64,000 bases of DNA from Gemmatimonadota bacterium (GTDB lineage: Bacteria > Gemmatimonadota > Gemmatimonadetes > JACCXV01 > JAHWKZ01). The position numbers were made by a program, and so were the translations under genes. Below, in pieces: positions 10,093-23,500 of the stretch. The notes beneath the pieces are model-generated. The model did no database searches, had not been told where the DNA came from, and saw only the letters and a list, made by a program, of their open reading frames with translations. The stretch is taken from the NCBI GenBank assembly GCA_050732935.1, contig JBOHRW010000150.1, forward strand, positions 12,862 to 76,861, given 5' to 3'. Positions within the stretch are counted from its first letter, which is position 1. Each line of letters begins with the position of its first letter.

Positions 10093-10310
10093 TGACCGCG
10101 GACGCATCCCGGCCGGGCCTGCGGCGGAGTCGCGAGCAGCGGATGATCGCCGGCGTCGTCGGTGGCCTGGCCGAACGCTACGATCTGAACGTGACGATGC
10201 TGCGTATTGTGTATGTGGTCGTCTCGATCCTGAGCGCTGCCTTCCCCGGCATCCTCGTGTACCTCCTCCTCTGGATCATCGTGCCGCTGGAGCCCCCGCG
10301 GCCCCGGTGA
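10092..10310 (+). CDS. PspC-domain membrane protein
   Basis: RSREQRMIAGVVGGLAERYDLNVTMLRIVYVVVSIL is the PspC signature (R-x-x-x-x-GV-x-GLA-x-Y). The ATG overlaps the upstream stop. Confidence 0.6.
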   Translation: MTADASRPGLRRSREQRMIAGVVGGLAERYDLNVTMLRIVYVVVSILSAAFPGILVYLLLWIIVPLEPPRPR

Positions 10311-10816
10311 AGCGGTCGAAGCCCGAGTCCGATCTGGAGGCCCGGGAGCGGGTCCGAAAGCGGGCGCTACGGCTCCTCTCGGGCCGCGAGCACACGGTCC
10401 GCGAGCTGGGCGAGAAGCTCCGGGCGAAGGGCGAGGCGGACGAGGACGTCGTGCGCACGGTCGTCGAAGAGTTGGCCCGGAAGGACCTGGTCAGCGACGA
10501 GCGCTTCGCGCGCGCCTTCGCGCTGGACGCCGTGCGCATGAAGCCCCGCGCGCGGCGCCGGATCGTGAGCCAGCTGGTCGAGCGAGGCGTCCCGGCGGCC
10601 GCGGCGGGTCACGCGGTGGACGCGGCGTTCGACGAGGAGGAGGTCGACGACCGGGCTCTGGCCCGGCGTATCGCCAAGGCCCAGCTGCCGCGTGTCGCCG
10701 ACGCGTCCGACGAGACCCGCTGGCGCCGGGTCGCCACCCATCTCCAGAGACGCGGCTTCGACAACACGCTCATCTACGACGTCTGTAGGGACATCCTGCC
10801 CGAGCCGGAGGCGTGA
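10307..10816 (+). CDS. recX: Recombination regulator RecX
   Basis: Three-repeat helical pattern: ALRLLSGREHTVRELGEKLRAKG...VVEELARKDLVSDERFARAFA...RIVSQLVERGV. GTG start overlapping the upstream stop. Confidence 0.7.
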   Translation: MKRSKPESDLEARERVRKRALRLLSGREHTVRELGEKLRAKGEADEDVVRTVVEELARKDLVSDERFARAFALDAVRMKPRARRRIVSQLVERGVPAAAAGHAVDAAFDEEEVDDRALARRIAKAQLPRVADASDETRWRRVATHLQRRGFDNTLIYDVCRDILPEPEA

Positions 10817-10907
10817 TCGCCGGCCGCGAGGCGATCGCCGCGAGGTGGCGCGCGTGGATGGTCGCGGACTGCGCGGGGTACTTCGATGAACGAGAGGAGC
10901 GGAACTG

Positions 10908-11999
10908 ATGCCTCGCGCCGCCGTCATGACGGCGCCCGGGGCGCCGATCGAGGTCCAGGATCTGCCCGATGCCCGGATCGAGCCCGGCGGGATCCTGCTG
11001 GAGACGATCTATAGCGAGGTCTGCGGAACGGACGTCCACCTGTGGCATGGTCGTCTCGCGGGCGTGCCGTACCCGATCGTCCCGGGTCACGTGTCGGTCG
11101 GCCGGGTGGCGGAGGCGGGCGGCCGAGTGATCGACCTCGACGGACGACCGATCGAGGTCGGCGACGTGGTGACCTTCCACGACGTCCACGAGACCTGCCA
11201 TCGATGCTGGTTCTGCCGGATGGGAGCGCAGAACCGGTGCCCTCATCGCAAGGTCTACGGCATCACCTACGGCGTCTCGGACGGCCTCCTGGGTGGCTGG
11301 TGCGAAGCGATCCATCTGAAGCCCGGGGTCGGCGTGATCCCGCTGCCCGAGGAGGTCGACGCCCGGCTCCTGATCGCTGGCGGTTGCGGGCTCGCCACCG
11401 CCCTTCACGCGGTTGACCGGGCCGCGATCCGGATCGGCGACCGCGTGGCGGTGCAGGGAGCGGGACCTGTGGGTCTCAGCGCGGCGATCCTGGCCCTGAT
11501 GTCGGGTGCCGGGCGGGTGATCGTCGTGGGGGGGCCCGATTCGCGGCTCGCGATCGCGCGGTCGATGGGCGTCGACGAGACGGTCCCCCTCGATGCGACG
11601 TCGCCCGACGAGAGGATCGAGCGGGTCCGGGAGCTGACCGGAGGTCGCGGCGCCGATGTCACGATCGAGGCCAGCGGATCGCCGGCGGCGATCCCGGAGG
11701 GCATGCTCATGACGCGGGACGCCGGACGCTACGTGGTCGCCGGGCAGTACACGGACGCCGGTGACGCCACGATCAACCCCCACGGCATGATCAACCGGAA
11801 GCACCTCGACGTGCGCGGGGTCTGGGGCGTGGGGTACGACCACTTCCACCGCATGGTCGACGTGCTCGCGCGGCATGGCGACCGGATCGGCTGGGAGCGG
11901 ATGATCGGCCGCGCGTACGGGCTCGACCAGATGAACGAGGCGCTGGCCGACGTCGAGGCGGGCCGGGTCGTGAAGGCGGTGGTCGCGCCCAACGGGTGA
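10908..11999 (+). CDS. Zinc-dependent alcohol dehydrogenase family (MDR)
   Basis: EVCGTDVHLWHG and a GHVSVGRV zinc-site context, a structural-zinc Cys cluster CHRCWFC...C, and the Rossmann motif VQGAGPVGL. Confidence 0.85.
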   Translation: MPRAAVMTAPGAPIEVQDLPDARIEPGGILLETIYSEVCGTDVHLWHGRLAGVPYPIVPGHVSVGRVAEAGGRVIDLDGRPIEVGDVVTFHDVHETCHRCWFCRMGAQNRCPHRKVYGITYGVSDGLLGGWCEAIHLKPGVGVIPLPEEVDARLLIAGGCGLATALHAVDRAAIRIGDRVAVQGAGPVGLSAAILALMSGAGRVIVVGGPDSRLAIARSMGVDETVPLDATSPDERIERVRELTGGRGADVTIEASGSPAAIPEGMLMTRDAGRYVVAGQYTDAGDATINPHGMINRKHLDVRGVWGVGYDHFHRMVDVLARHGDRIGWERMIGRAYGLDQMNEALADVEAGRVVKAVVAPNG

Positions 12000-12037
12000 G
12001 CCGCGGTCGGAACGGAGCTCATGGAAAACGGAAAGGA

Positions 12038-12607
12038 ATGGCGACCCCTTTGGAGATCCCGCTCGAGACCTGCACGATCCGGAGCTGGCGGAAGGACGAC
12101 GCCGAGTCGATCGCCCGGCTCGCCGACAATCGCGCCGTCTGGCGCAACCTGCGCGACCGCTTCCCGCATCCCTACGCCACGAAGGACGCCCGGGTCTGGA
12201 TCCGGACCGCCCGCCGGGCCGACCCCGAGACCTTCTTCGCGATCGACGTGGAGGGCGAAGCGGTGGGAGGGATCGGACTGCATCCCCAGTCGGATATCCT
12301 GCGCCGGTCGATGGAGATCGGTTACTGGCTGGGGGAGCCGTTCTGGGGTCGGGGGATCGCCACCGAGGCGGTCGTCGCGTTGACCCGCTACGCCTTCGCG
12401 CATTTCGACATCGCGCGCCTGTACGGGTACGTCTTCGAGTGGAACCCGGCCTCGGCCCGGGTCCTCGAGAAGGCCGGCTATCGGCTCGAGGGCCGGCTTC
12501 GGAAGGCGGTCACCAAGGACGGGACGACGATGGACATGCTGGTCTACGGGTTCACGAAGGACGATCGGGCGGAAGCCGCCGGCCGGGTGGGGGAGGAGCG
12601 CGGGTGA
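12038..12607 (+). CDS. GNAT family N-acetyltransferase (RimJ/RimL-like)
   Basis: GYWLGEPFWGRGIATEAV...ARVLEKAGYRLEGRLR is the acetyl-CoA-binding motif of GNATs. The start is at an ATG with an aaggaa RBS. Confidence 0.75.
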   Translation: MATPLEIPLETCTIRSWRKDDAESIARLADNRAVWRNLRDRFPHPYATKDARVWIRTARRADPETFFAIDVEGEAVGGIGLHPQSDILRRSMEIGYWLGEPFWGRGIATEAVVALTRYAFAHFDIARLYGYVFEWNPASARVLEKAGYRLEGRLRKAVTKDGTTMDMLVYGFTKDDRAEAAGRVGEERG

Positions 12608-13233
12608 CTGCGCGCACCCGCTGCGGCTGGGCCCGCACCGAGCTCTCGATCCCCTACCACGACCAGGAGTGGGGCGTCCCGTGCCGGGACGACCGCCTCC
12701 TCTTCGAGCACCTGCTCCTGGACTGCGCGCAGGCCGGTCTCTCGTGGGAGATCATACTCAGGAAGCGCGAGGGCTATCGCCGGGCGTTCGCCGGGTTCGA
12801 TCCGGAGAAGGTGGCCCGCTTCAACCGGCGCAGCGTGCAGCGCCTCCTGAAGGATACCGGCATCGTCCGGAACCGTCAGAAGATCGAGAGCGCGATCGGG
12901 AACGCGCGCGCCTTCCTGGACGTGCAGGACGAGTTCGGTAGCTTCGCGGACTACCTGTGGGGCTTCGTCCATGACGAGCCGATCCGGAACCGCTGGCGGA
13001 AGATCGAGCAGATCCCCGCCCGGACGCCCTTGGCGGAGACCGTCAGCAAGAACCTCAAGGGGCGCGGGTTCTCGTTCGTCGGCCCCACGATCGTCTACGC
13101 GTTCCTGCAGGCGACCGGGGTCGTGAACGACCACCTGGTGGGCTGCTTCCGTCACGCGGAATGCGCGCGGCTCGCTCGCGGAACGAGGGGCGGAGCAGGA
13201 CCGCGCAGGCCTTCGAAGGGAGCGAGAGGATGA
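12604..13233 (+). CDS. tag: DNA-3-methyladenine glycosylase I
   Basis: CGWARTELSIPYHDQEWGVPCRDDRLLFEHLLLDCAQAGLSWEIIL...GPTIVYAFLQATGVVNDHLVGCF is a near-canonical Tag sequence including the zinc ligands. GTG start overlapping the upstream stop. Confidence 0.75.
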   Translation: MTARTRCGWARTELSIPYHDQEWGVPCRDDRLLFEHLLLDCAQAGLSWEIILRKREGYRRAFAGFDPEKVARFNRRSVQRLLKDTGIVRNRQKIESAIGNARAFLDVQDEFGSFADYLWGFVHDEPIRNRWRKIEQIPARTPLAETVSKNLKGRGFSFVGPTIVYAFLQATGVVNDHLVGCFRHAECARLARGTRGGAGPRRPSKGARG

Positions 13234-13569
13234 GTCACCCAACATCGCAGCAAGCCTCCCGCGACCGGACGAACGGTCCGCATACGGGGCGCTCTCCCTG
13301 GGCATCATACGGCTCACGTCCTGGGCGTGGTGGGGCGCCTTGCTTGCCACTGTCTTCTGGCATCTATCGGGTTACTTCGCCCTGCGCATGGGGTGGGAAG
13401 ATCTACTGAACGAGATGGCCCTCTCCTGGCACTTCTCTTCCATGTCCGGCGATACTTCCAGGGCCAGGTTCCGGCTCGTCCTCCCCGCCGGGCCGCCCTA
13501 GATTGACCGCATCTGCAGGCGCGTCGTTGAGCCGGCTCGGGGCCGGCCGGCCCTTTCCCGATTGCAGCC

Positions 13570-16191
<2,622 letters not shown>

Positions 16192-16201
16192 GCGCGGCGA
16201 C

Positions 16202-16969
16202 GTGAATCCTCGCGATCTCGTGGCGAGCGGGGAGCCCGAGGCCGTCCGGAGCTTCGCCGGGATCCTGGCCGACTGGCTGGCGAGCTTCACGATGCCGGCT
16301 CCGCTGGGGGCCGAGATGGCGGACGCGATGGAGGCGGGCTCGGACTGGGTCGGCGCGATCGCCTCCACGGTCGTGCGACGGGCGGGCTGGCCCGACGCCG
16401 AGTCGGTCGCCTGGGGGATCTGCGTGGCGGCGCTCTCCGGTGCGCTCGAGTCCGCACGCCGCAGCCTGGACGGAGCGCCGGGCCGCCGCGACCCTGGCGC
16501 CACGGCCGACGGCCCGGCGCGATCGCTCCTCGCCGCCGATGGGCTGATCGCCGCGGCCCACGAGACCCTGGCGGCGCTGGGTGAGGAGCGGCTGCTCACG
16601 GCGCTCGACGCGCTCGAGGGGACATTCGGGGACGGCGGGCCGTGGCGCGGCCTCTCCGGCCGGACTCTCGGAGACGCCGCCTCGACCGACCATGATCCAC
16701 CGGCCTGGCCGGCGTTCGTGGCCCTCGCTCTCGCTCCCGCGGCGTCCGATCGGCCCGATGGTCCGTGGGCGGATCTGGCGTCGGCCTGGAAGGAGCGTTA
16801 CGCGGCCCGCCAGGACGACGACGCGGCGGAGCCGGCGAACCGGGATCTCCATGACAACGAGGGCCTCTACCGCCACTCCGCCCTGGACGAGTCGACGGGC
16901 GCACTGCTTCAAGCGGCGGCCGCGGCAGCCCGGCGACCGGGCAGGAACGGGACCCTTGCCGGCACCTGA
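16202..16969 (+). CDS. Hypothetical Ala-rich acidic protein
   Basis: This is the only sense-looking ORF in the 790-nt gap between alaS and the SIS gene. The opposite-strand ORF is Arg-rich junk. No domain recognised. Confidence 0.3.
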   Translation: MNPRDLVASGEPEAVRSFAGILADWLASFTMPAPLGAEMADAMEAGSDWVGAIASTVVRRAGWPDAESVAWGICVAALSGALESARRSLDGAPGRRDPGATADGPARSLLAADGLIAAAHETLAALGEERLLTALDALEGTFGDGGPWRGLSGRTLGDAASTDHDPPAWPAFVALALAPAASDRPDGPWADLASAWKERYAARQDDDAAEPANRDLHDNEGLYRHSALDESTGALLQAAAAAARRPGRNGTLAGT

Positions 16970-17558
16970 GGGCGTCGCCGGCGGCGGACGCGACGAGGCC
17001 GGGCTCGAAACGGCCTCCACCGAGCTTCGCGATCTGATCGATCGCATCGCTGGCGAGGCCGGGGACACGCTCGAGCGAATGATCGACGGGTGCGTCCGGT
17101 CGCTCGAGGCGGGAAACAAGCTCCTCTTCGTCGGGAACGGCGGCTCCGCCGCCCAGTGCCAGCACCTGGCGACCGAGCTGGTGGGGCGCTTCGCCCTCGA
17201 CCGGCGGCCCTACGCCGCCCTCGCCCTCACCACCGACACCTCGTTTCTGACGGCGTTCTCCAACGACTACGGCTTCGGGGATGTCTTCGCTCGCCAGGTC
17301 GAGGCCCTTGGCCGGCCGGGCGACGTGCTCATGGCCCTGTCGACCGGAGGCCGCTCGCCGAACGTCCTGACGGCAGTGGAGGCGGCCCGGGCCGCGCGGA
17401 TCACGGTCTTCGGCCTTACCGGGGCGAAGGGTGACCCACTGGCCGCGATCTGCGACGAGGCCTTCGTCGTGCCCCACACCGACCCCGCGCGGATCCAGGA
17501 GGTGCACCTGTTCCTGGGGCATCTGCTGTGCGGCGGCATCGAAAGGCGGCTCTCCTGA
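16956..17558 (+). CDS. SIS-domain phosphoheptose isomerase / DiaA-like protein
   Basis: LLFVGNGGSAAQCQHLATELVGRF...ALSTGGRSPNVL is the GmhA/DiaA SIS motif. The inferred TTG start at 16956 gives about 200 aa. Confidence 0.75.
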   Translation: MPAPEGVAGGGRDEAGLETASTELRDLIDRIAGEAGDTLERMIDGCVRSLEAGNKLLFVGNGGSAAQCQHLATELVGRFALDRRPYAALALTTDTSFLTAFSNDYGFGDVFARQVEALGRPGDVLMALSTGGRSPNVLTAVEAARAARITVFGLTGAKGDPLAAICDEAFVVPHTDPARIQEVHLFLGHLLCGGIERRLS

Positions 17559-17561
17559 CCA

Positions 17562-18812
17562 CTACGTCTTCGCCCGCGACAGCAAGATCAGCCCCACCAC
17601 CCCGAAGATCCCGTTCGCGAGCCAGGCCGCGGCGACCGGGGGCAGGCCGCCACCGTAGCCGATTCCCTGGCTGACCCGCAGGAAGCCCCAGAAGATGATC
17701 GTCAGGAACAACGCGAGGCCGAAGCCCATTCCGGCCCCGCGCCGGCTGAGGTGGGTCGCCGAACCCACCAGGGCGACCCCGAAGAGAGCGATGACGAAGT
17801 TGGCGAAGGGGTACGAGAGCTTCATCTGCAGATCGACCCGCTCGGTGAGCGTGTCGGCCCCGAGCCGCTCCTCCTTCGCGATGTAGGTCTGGAGATCCTG
17901 ATATCCCATCTCCTCGGGCTCCTTCTCCTCGGCGAGTAGCTCGCTCGGCGGATCGGCGAGGCTCGGGGACCGGAGGAGACTGAACCCGTACATCCGCTCC
18001 TCCCCGCCCTCGGGGAAGACGCGGAGCTCGCCACGGCGCAGGACCCATGTCCCGCTCGACGGCTCCCACACCATCTGCGGGGCGTTGATCCGGATAAAGG
18101 TCCCGTCGTCGAGTCGGCGCTGGATCTCCACCTGTTCGGCGGAGGCCTCGACTCCCATCCGCGGAGCGGTCTCCGCTGGCAGCTCGCTCGGTTCCCCTTC
18201 CTCGGCGGCCTCTGCGGCGGCCGCGAGCCCGGCCGCCTGACGCCGCTGCGCCAGCCTGAGGGCTTCCTCGGCGGCCGTGACAGCGGTGTCCGGGAGTAAT
18301 CCCTCCTCCACGAACAGGGAGCGCACGATGTACGTGTACCCCTCGTCGTTCTGATAGACGAAGTTCCCGCGGAAGTTCTCCCGCGCCGGCGGCTCACCGC
18401 GTATATCCTCCTCGTAGACCTGATTCACGCGTTCGTTGAGCCGCGGCACGACGGTCTCGCCGAGGGCGAGAACGGCGAGGCTTAGAAACAACGCGAACGA
18501 GAGCACCGGCAGGACGATCCGGTAAAGGCTCACGCCGCTCGCCTTCATCGCCGCCAGCTCACCGTGCCGGCCGAGCTCCCCGAGCGAGAGGATCGTCGCG
18601 ACCAGCACCGCCATCGGCATGGTGAGGAGGAGATTGTACGGGGTCTGGTAGAAATAATACCTGCCGATCGCCGACCAGCCCGCGCCCTCGTCGAGGTACA
18701 GGTCGATGTGATCCATCAGGTGGACGAGGACGAAGATCGCCGTGAGGGAGATGAGCGAGAGAATGAGCATGCGAATGAACTCGCCCATGACGTAACGGTC
18801 GAGGAGACGCAT
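17562..18812 (-). CDS. lptG: LPS export ABC permease, LptG-like (YjgP/YjgQ family)
   Basis: MRLLDRYVMGEFIRMLILSLISLTAIFVLVHL...AAMKASGVSLYRIVLP. The start is the internal ATG at 18812. The track's 265-aa N-terminal extension is antisense junk. It is second in a two-gene minus-strand operon. Confidence 0.7.
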   Translation of the reverse strand: MRLLDRYVMGEFIRMLILSLISLTAIFVLVHLMDHIDLYLDEGAGWSAIGRYYFYQTPYNLLLTMPMAVLVATILSLGELGRHGELAAMKASGVSLYRIVLPVLSFALFLSLAVLALGETVVPRLNERVNQVYEEDIRGEPPARENFRGNFVYQNDEGYTYIVRSLFVEEGLLPDTAVTAAEEALRLAQRRQAAGLAAAAEAAEEGEPSELPAETAPRMGVEASAEQVEIQRRLDDGTFIRINAPQMVWEPSSGTWVLRRGELRVFPEGGEERMYGFSLLRSPSLADPPSELLAEEKEPEEMGYQDLQTYIAKEERLGADTLTERVDLQMKLSYPFANFVIALFGVALVGSATHLSRRGAGMGFGLALFLTIIFWGFLRVSQGIGYGGGLPPVAAAWLANGIFGVVGLILLSRAKT

Positions 18813-18817
18813 CCCGA

Positions 18818-20263
18818 TCAGCCCCCGACGCCGACCCGATCGCCGCGCCGCTCCAGGCTCGTCTCGCGGACCTCGGGCTCGTCCCGCCGCCAAGGCCACA
18901 GGCGGGACCACCTCCAACGCCGACCTCCGGTTTCCCGGGTGGTGGCGCGCAGCAGCACCAGCCCGATCGCCAGGAACACGATGTTCGCCAGCCACATCGA
19001 CACCCACGGCGGCAGCAACCGTCGGTCGGCGAGGTCCTCGCCTCCGGTCAGGAACAGGTAGTAGAAGACGAAGACCAGCGTGCTGACGCCCATCGCGAAG
19101 CCGAACCCGCCACGTCGCGAGCGCACGCCAACGGGAGCGCCGATCAAGACAAAGACGATGCAGGCGATGGGAATGGCGAACTTCTTGTGATACTCCACCA
19201 GGAACTTGTTGCGCTGCCGCTGGGCGTAGTCGATGGCCTGGCTGAGACGCTGGACCATGCTCCGCCGGTAGCGCTCCTGCTCGACGGGCTCCCGTGGTCC
19301 GAGCGTCGTCGCCGCCCCGCTGTCCGACAGGGAGACGCTCAGCGAATCTCCCAGCAGGATCGCCAGATGGTCGACGACCGTCTTCTCGAGGTCCGCCTGG
19401 GCCTTGGCGATCCGGTCTTCCTCGTTTCGCACGTTGGCGAGAAGCGTCCCCAGGTCCATCTCGCGATCGCTGCGCATGGCGCTGATCTCCTGGCTTCGAT
19501 CCATGGTGGAGCCCACTCCGCGCAGGAGGATCTGCTGAGTCTCGAACGCGAGCACTTCGTACTCGCCGGGACTGGAGATGTCCCGCTGGTGGATCTTTCC
19601 GTTCCACAGGGTCAGCACGGCGTCTTCGCGATTGGTCGTGTAGTCCATGCGCCCGCTGTCGGCCAGAATGGTCCGCTGATCCTGCACATCTGACATGTCG
19701 AAGATCCTGAGGCCGTACATCATGTTGGTCTGCCGGTCGAGGCGCTGGGGCTCGATCCAGAAATCCCCCAAACCGGTGGGGTCGTTGAACCGTTTTTCCT
19801 CCAGGACCACGGTCGGCTTGGTGCGCTGGATGTCCTGCATGAGCTGGCTGAGCCGGTGGTTGCTCTCCGGGAGGATCGTGTCGTTGAACCAGACGGAGAG
19901 CCCGGCCACCACGATGGCGGCCGCCAGGGTGGGCGTGATGATCTGGTGGAGCCCGATCCCATTGGCCCGCATCGCGGTGATCTCGTTGTCACCGGACAGG
20001 CGGCCAAAAGCGGCCATCGTTCCCACCAGCACCGCCATCGGGATCGTCACGGCAACGGTCAGCGGCACCGACAGGGCGAAGATCTCGACGATCACCTGAG
20101 CTCCGAGGCCCTTGCCGGCCAGGTTCTGGAACTGGCGAGCCACCTGGTTCATGAGCATGATGAACGTGAAGACGATCAGCGCGAACACGAACGGTCCCAC
20201 ATGCTCGCGCAGGGCGTACAGCGAGAGGATTCGGGCACTGAACAAATCGCGGATTCCACGCAT
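18818..20263 (-). CDS. lptF: LPS export ABC permease, LptF-like (YjgP/YjgQ family)
   Basis: MRGIRDLFSARILSLYALREHVGPFVFALIVFTFIMLMNQ...TAMRANGIGLHQII. First gene of the pair, with a 5-nt gap to the lptG-like gene. Confidence 0.7.
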   Translation of the reverse strand: MRGIRDLFSARILSLYALREHVGPFVFALIVFTFIMLMNQVARQFQNLAGKGLGAQVIVEIFALSVPLTVAVTIPMAVLVGTMAAFGRLSGDNEITAMRANGIGLHQIITPTLAAAIVVAGLSVWFNDTILPESNHRLSQLMQDIQRTKPTVVLEEKRFNDPTGLGDFWIEPQRLDRQTNMMYGLRIFDMSDVQDQRTILADSGRMDYTTNREDAVLTLWNGKIHQRDISSPGEYEVLAFETQQILLRGVGSTMDRSQEISAMRSDREMDLGTLLANVRNEEDRIAKAQADLEKTVVDHLAILLGDSLSVSLSDSGAATTLGPREPVEQERYRRSMVQRLSQAIDYAQRQRNKFLVEYHKKFAIPIACIVFVLIGAPVGVRSRRGGFGFAMGVSTLVFVFYYLFLTGGEDLADRRLLPPWVSMWLANIVFLAIGLVLLRATTRETGGRRWRWSRLWPWRRDEPEVRETSLERRGDRVGVGG

Positions 20264-20586
20264 TCCTGGACCTTCAGGCTCGGTTGACCGTGGGGGGGGT
20301 CGACCTATATTCCGAGGCGTGCGACGACGCCATCTAAATTCCACGCGGAGCGGCATTTACGGCCGCAGCGGGCGGCCCGGACCGAGGCCAAGCTAACATT
20401 CGACATTTCCCGCGAACAATCACGGAGCCGCGCTGCCTGATACCCGCGGGGAGGCCTTCGGCTCCCTCGTGCACGACTCGGGCGGCGTCGCTCGGCGCTC
20501 TGGCGATCGTCCTTCTGGTCACCCCGCCGGCGCTCGCCCAGGAACCGGGCGCGCGCGCCCCGGCCCTCGAATGGCGGCACGCACCC

Positions 20587-23500
20587 GTGCCGGACGTCGA
20601 GAACCTGCCGTTCGATTCGATGCTCGCCTTCGATCCGTGGCTGGGCGCCGTGGTGCCCGGTCGGCCGACCCCCCTGCCCGCCCGGGAGGGGCTTCCGGTG
20701 GTGAGCGGGCTCGACGTGCTGGACTACCTCCGGGAGGTCCGGCTCCGCCGCGAGGCCCGTCTCTGGAGGCAGGTCGTGGCCGATCGTCTTGCCGGTCGTA
20801 GCCAGGAGGATGAGGGGCTCATCCCCGAGCTCGAGAATCCGCTCCGGATTCCCGAGCCGCTCGCCAGGGTTTTCGGCGAAGGCTCGGAGTTCGACATCCA
20901 GGGCCGGCTGCACCTAGGCGCGCTCGGAGCGCGCTCGAAACAGAATCCCGATCTGCGGACCGAGCTTCTCCGCCGGACCTCCGGCACTTTCGATCTCGAC
21001 CTGGACCAGACCCTCGACCTCAAGATCCTGGGGACGGTCGGGACGAAGCTCGACGTGGCGGTCGACTTCAACTCGCAGCGCGAGCTGGAGTCCAGACAGC
21101 TCATCACCGCCGCCTACACGGGGAGCGAAGACGAGATCCTCCAGAAGGTGGAAATGGGGGACATCAGCGTCGCGCTGCCACCCTCCCGTTTCCTCGGAGG
21201 CTCGGTGGGGACGGGGACCTTCGGCGCTCAGGCAGTCGCCCAGCTCGGGCCCATGGACTTCCGGGTCCTGGGCACGCGCAAGGAGGGGGAGAGCACGACG
21301 CGGTCCCTCTCGATCACCCCCAGCGGCGAGGGCGTGCTGTCGGATGTCACGCTCGATATCAAGGACACCCAGTTCCAGCGCGACCGGTTCTTCCTGCTGT
21401 TCCACCCCGATTCCCTGGCCTCGGTCCGCCTGAGCTTCCCGAATCCGGGGACCACGCTCGAGAACCCTGCTTCCCAGCCCGCGCTCGGGTCGCTCAACGT
21501 CTGGCTCGACGATGGGAATTTCTCGAACAACCGGGAGCAGAACTCCAAGCGTGGCGAGGCGCTGGTCAATCCGACCGATCCGGGCGCTTTCCCGGAACAG
21601 ACCTACGTGGGCTTTTTCGACCTCCTCGTCGAGGGGCAGGATTATGTCGTCACCGACGGGATCGTGCTGCAGATGCGGCGCCAGCTCAACGACTCCGAGG
21701 TGCTGGGGGTGTCATACGTCACCAGCGGGGGGACGCAGGTCGGGACGACTCAAGACGCCGAGGAGCAGGTTCTCAAGCTGATCAAGCCGACGAATCCCGA
21801 CACGCTGGACTTCACCTGGGACTACACCCTTCGGAACGTCTATTCCCTGCGCGAGCCGAACATCCAGCTCGGTTCCCTGGAGCTGGAGATCTATCGCGGC
21901 AACCAGGACCTCCGCCAGACCTTCGAGTCGATCGGGGGCCAGTCGCGTAAGTACTCGCGCATCTTCGGTCTCACCGACGCCAACAGTCGCGTCAACCTGC
22001 CGCGCATCCTGCGCGATCCGTTCCAGGGACCGGACTTCATCGTCTTCCCGGACGTCCGCCCGTTCTTCCAGCCCACCGACGAAACGGGTGCGGCGATCCC
22101 GATCGAGCGTCCCAACCGGCAGCTCTATTTCAACAGCGATCCGAACCGGACCGCGCTCGACGACCAGGTCTACTTCATCGAGGCCCGGTACCTGTCGCGC
22201 GGCGGACTGAGCGGCGAGATCGAGCTGGGGTCGGCCAACGTCATCGAGGGGTCGGAGCGGGTGTCGATCGGGGCGGAGACCCTGCTCCGCGGCGAGGACT
22301 ACCAGATCATCTACGAGCTCGGCCGACTCGTCCTGACCGACCCGGCCGGGCTGGCCGAGCGACATCCCAACGACCGTCTGGCCATCGAGTACGAGGTGGC
22401 TCCGCTGTTCAACCTCGCTCCGACGACGCTGTACGGCGCCGCGGGCTCCTACCATCTCGCAGAGGGGGCCGTCCTGAACTCGACCATCATGCTGCAGCGC
22501 AAGGAGAGCCTGGCCAACCGGCCGATCCTCGGCGCGGAGCCGACGCAGGCGCTGATCGCCGAGGTGGACGGTTCCTGGTCGCGGCCGCTGACCTTCATGG
22601 ACCGCTGGCTGGATGGCCTCCCCGGCTCGACCGGCGAGACGCCCTCCTCGTTCTCCCTGCGCGGGGAGATGGCCTTCAGCCGTCCGGACCCCAACACCGA
22701 CGGCGAGGTTTTCCTGAACGACTTCGAGAACATCGAGATCGCCAAGCGGCTGAGCCTGTTCTTCCGGATCTGGTACATCTCTTCGATACCCACGCAGGCC
22801 GGGCTCTCGCTCACCGATGTCGCGGATGCCCGATGGTTCACGTTCTTCATCCCGAGCGAGCAGGTCACCGGAGAACGCCGCAGGGAGGTGGATGTCGGGG
22901 AGAACAACTTCGTGATCCAGTTCGACCCGGTCGGGGAGGCCCCGACCGACCGGATGGCCTCCTGGCGCTCGATCGAGACCGTGCTGTCGACCACCGGCGA
23001 GGATCTGACGCGACAGGAGTTCATCGAGTTCTTCGTCCGTGGGGTCGAGGGCGAGATCATCGTCGATCTGGGCGTCGTGGACGAGGACGCCGTGCGGCTG
23101 GACGAGAATCGGGCGCCGGTCGGTGTCGGAGAGCTCGATACCGAGGAGGCGAATCCCGACACGCGGGACAACAACCTGGACGTCAACGAGGACACGGGTC
23201 TCGACGCCGTGCGTGGGCAGGATGCCGCCGATGTGCCCGGGGACGACGGGACGGATGATTTCAGCGAGGTCTTTGGTGCGAATTCCTTCCCGATCAATCC
23301 CAACGGGACCGAGAACAACAGCGTCCTGGACACCGAGGACAGCAACCTGAACGGGATCCTCGACCGCCAGGAGAATCTGCTGCGCTGGGAGGTCGATCTG
23401 ACGGGCGACCGCTACGTCGTCCCGGGCAGCCGAACCTCGACGGGGTTCCGGCGCATCCGCCTTCCGCTCGTGACGCCCGACCAGGTGGTGGGAAGTCCCG

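Noticed and set aside
13234-13569. Possible tRNA or T-box leader between tag and alaS
   Set aside because: No cloverleaf-compatible GTGGTTC/TTCGA T-arm or anticodon stem was recognised. No T-box AGGGTGG-type specifier/antiterminator features were seen. It is probably an ordinary promoter and 5' UTR.
18813-19607. 265-aa N-terminal extension of the lptG-like ORF
   Set aside because: The extension overlaps the lptF-like gene in another frame and is Arg-rich. The family-typical N-terminus MRLLDRYV begins at the internal ATG.
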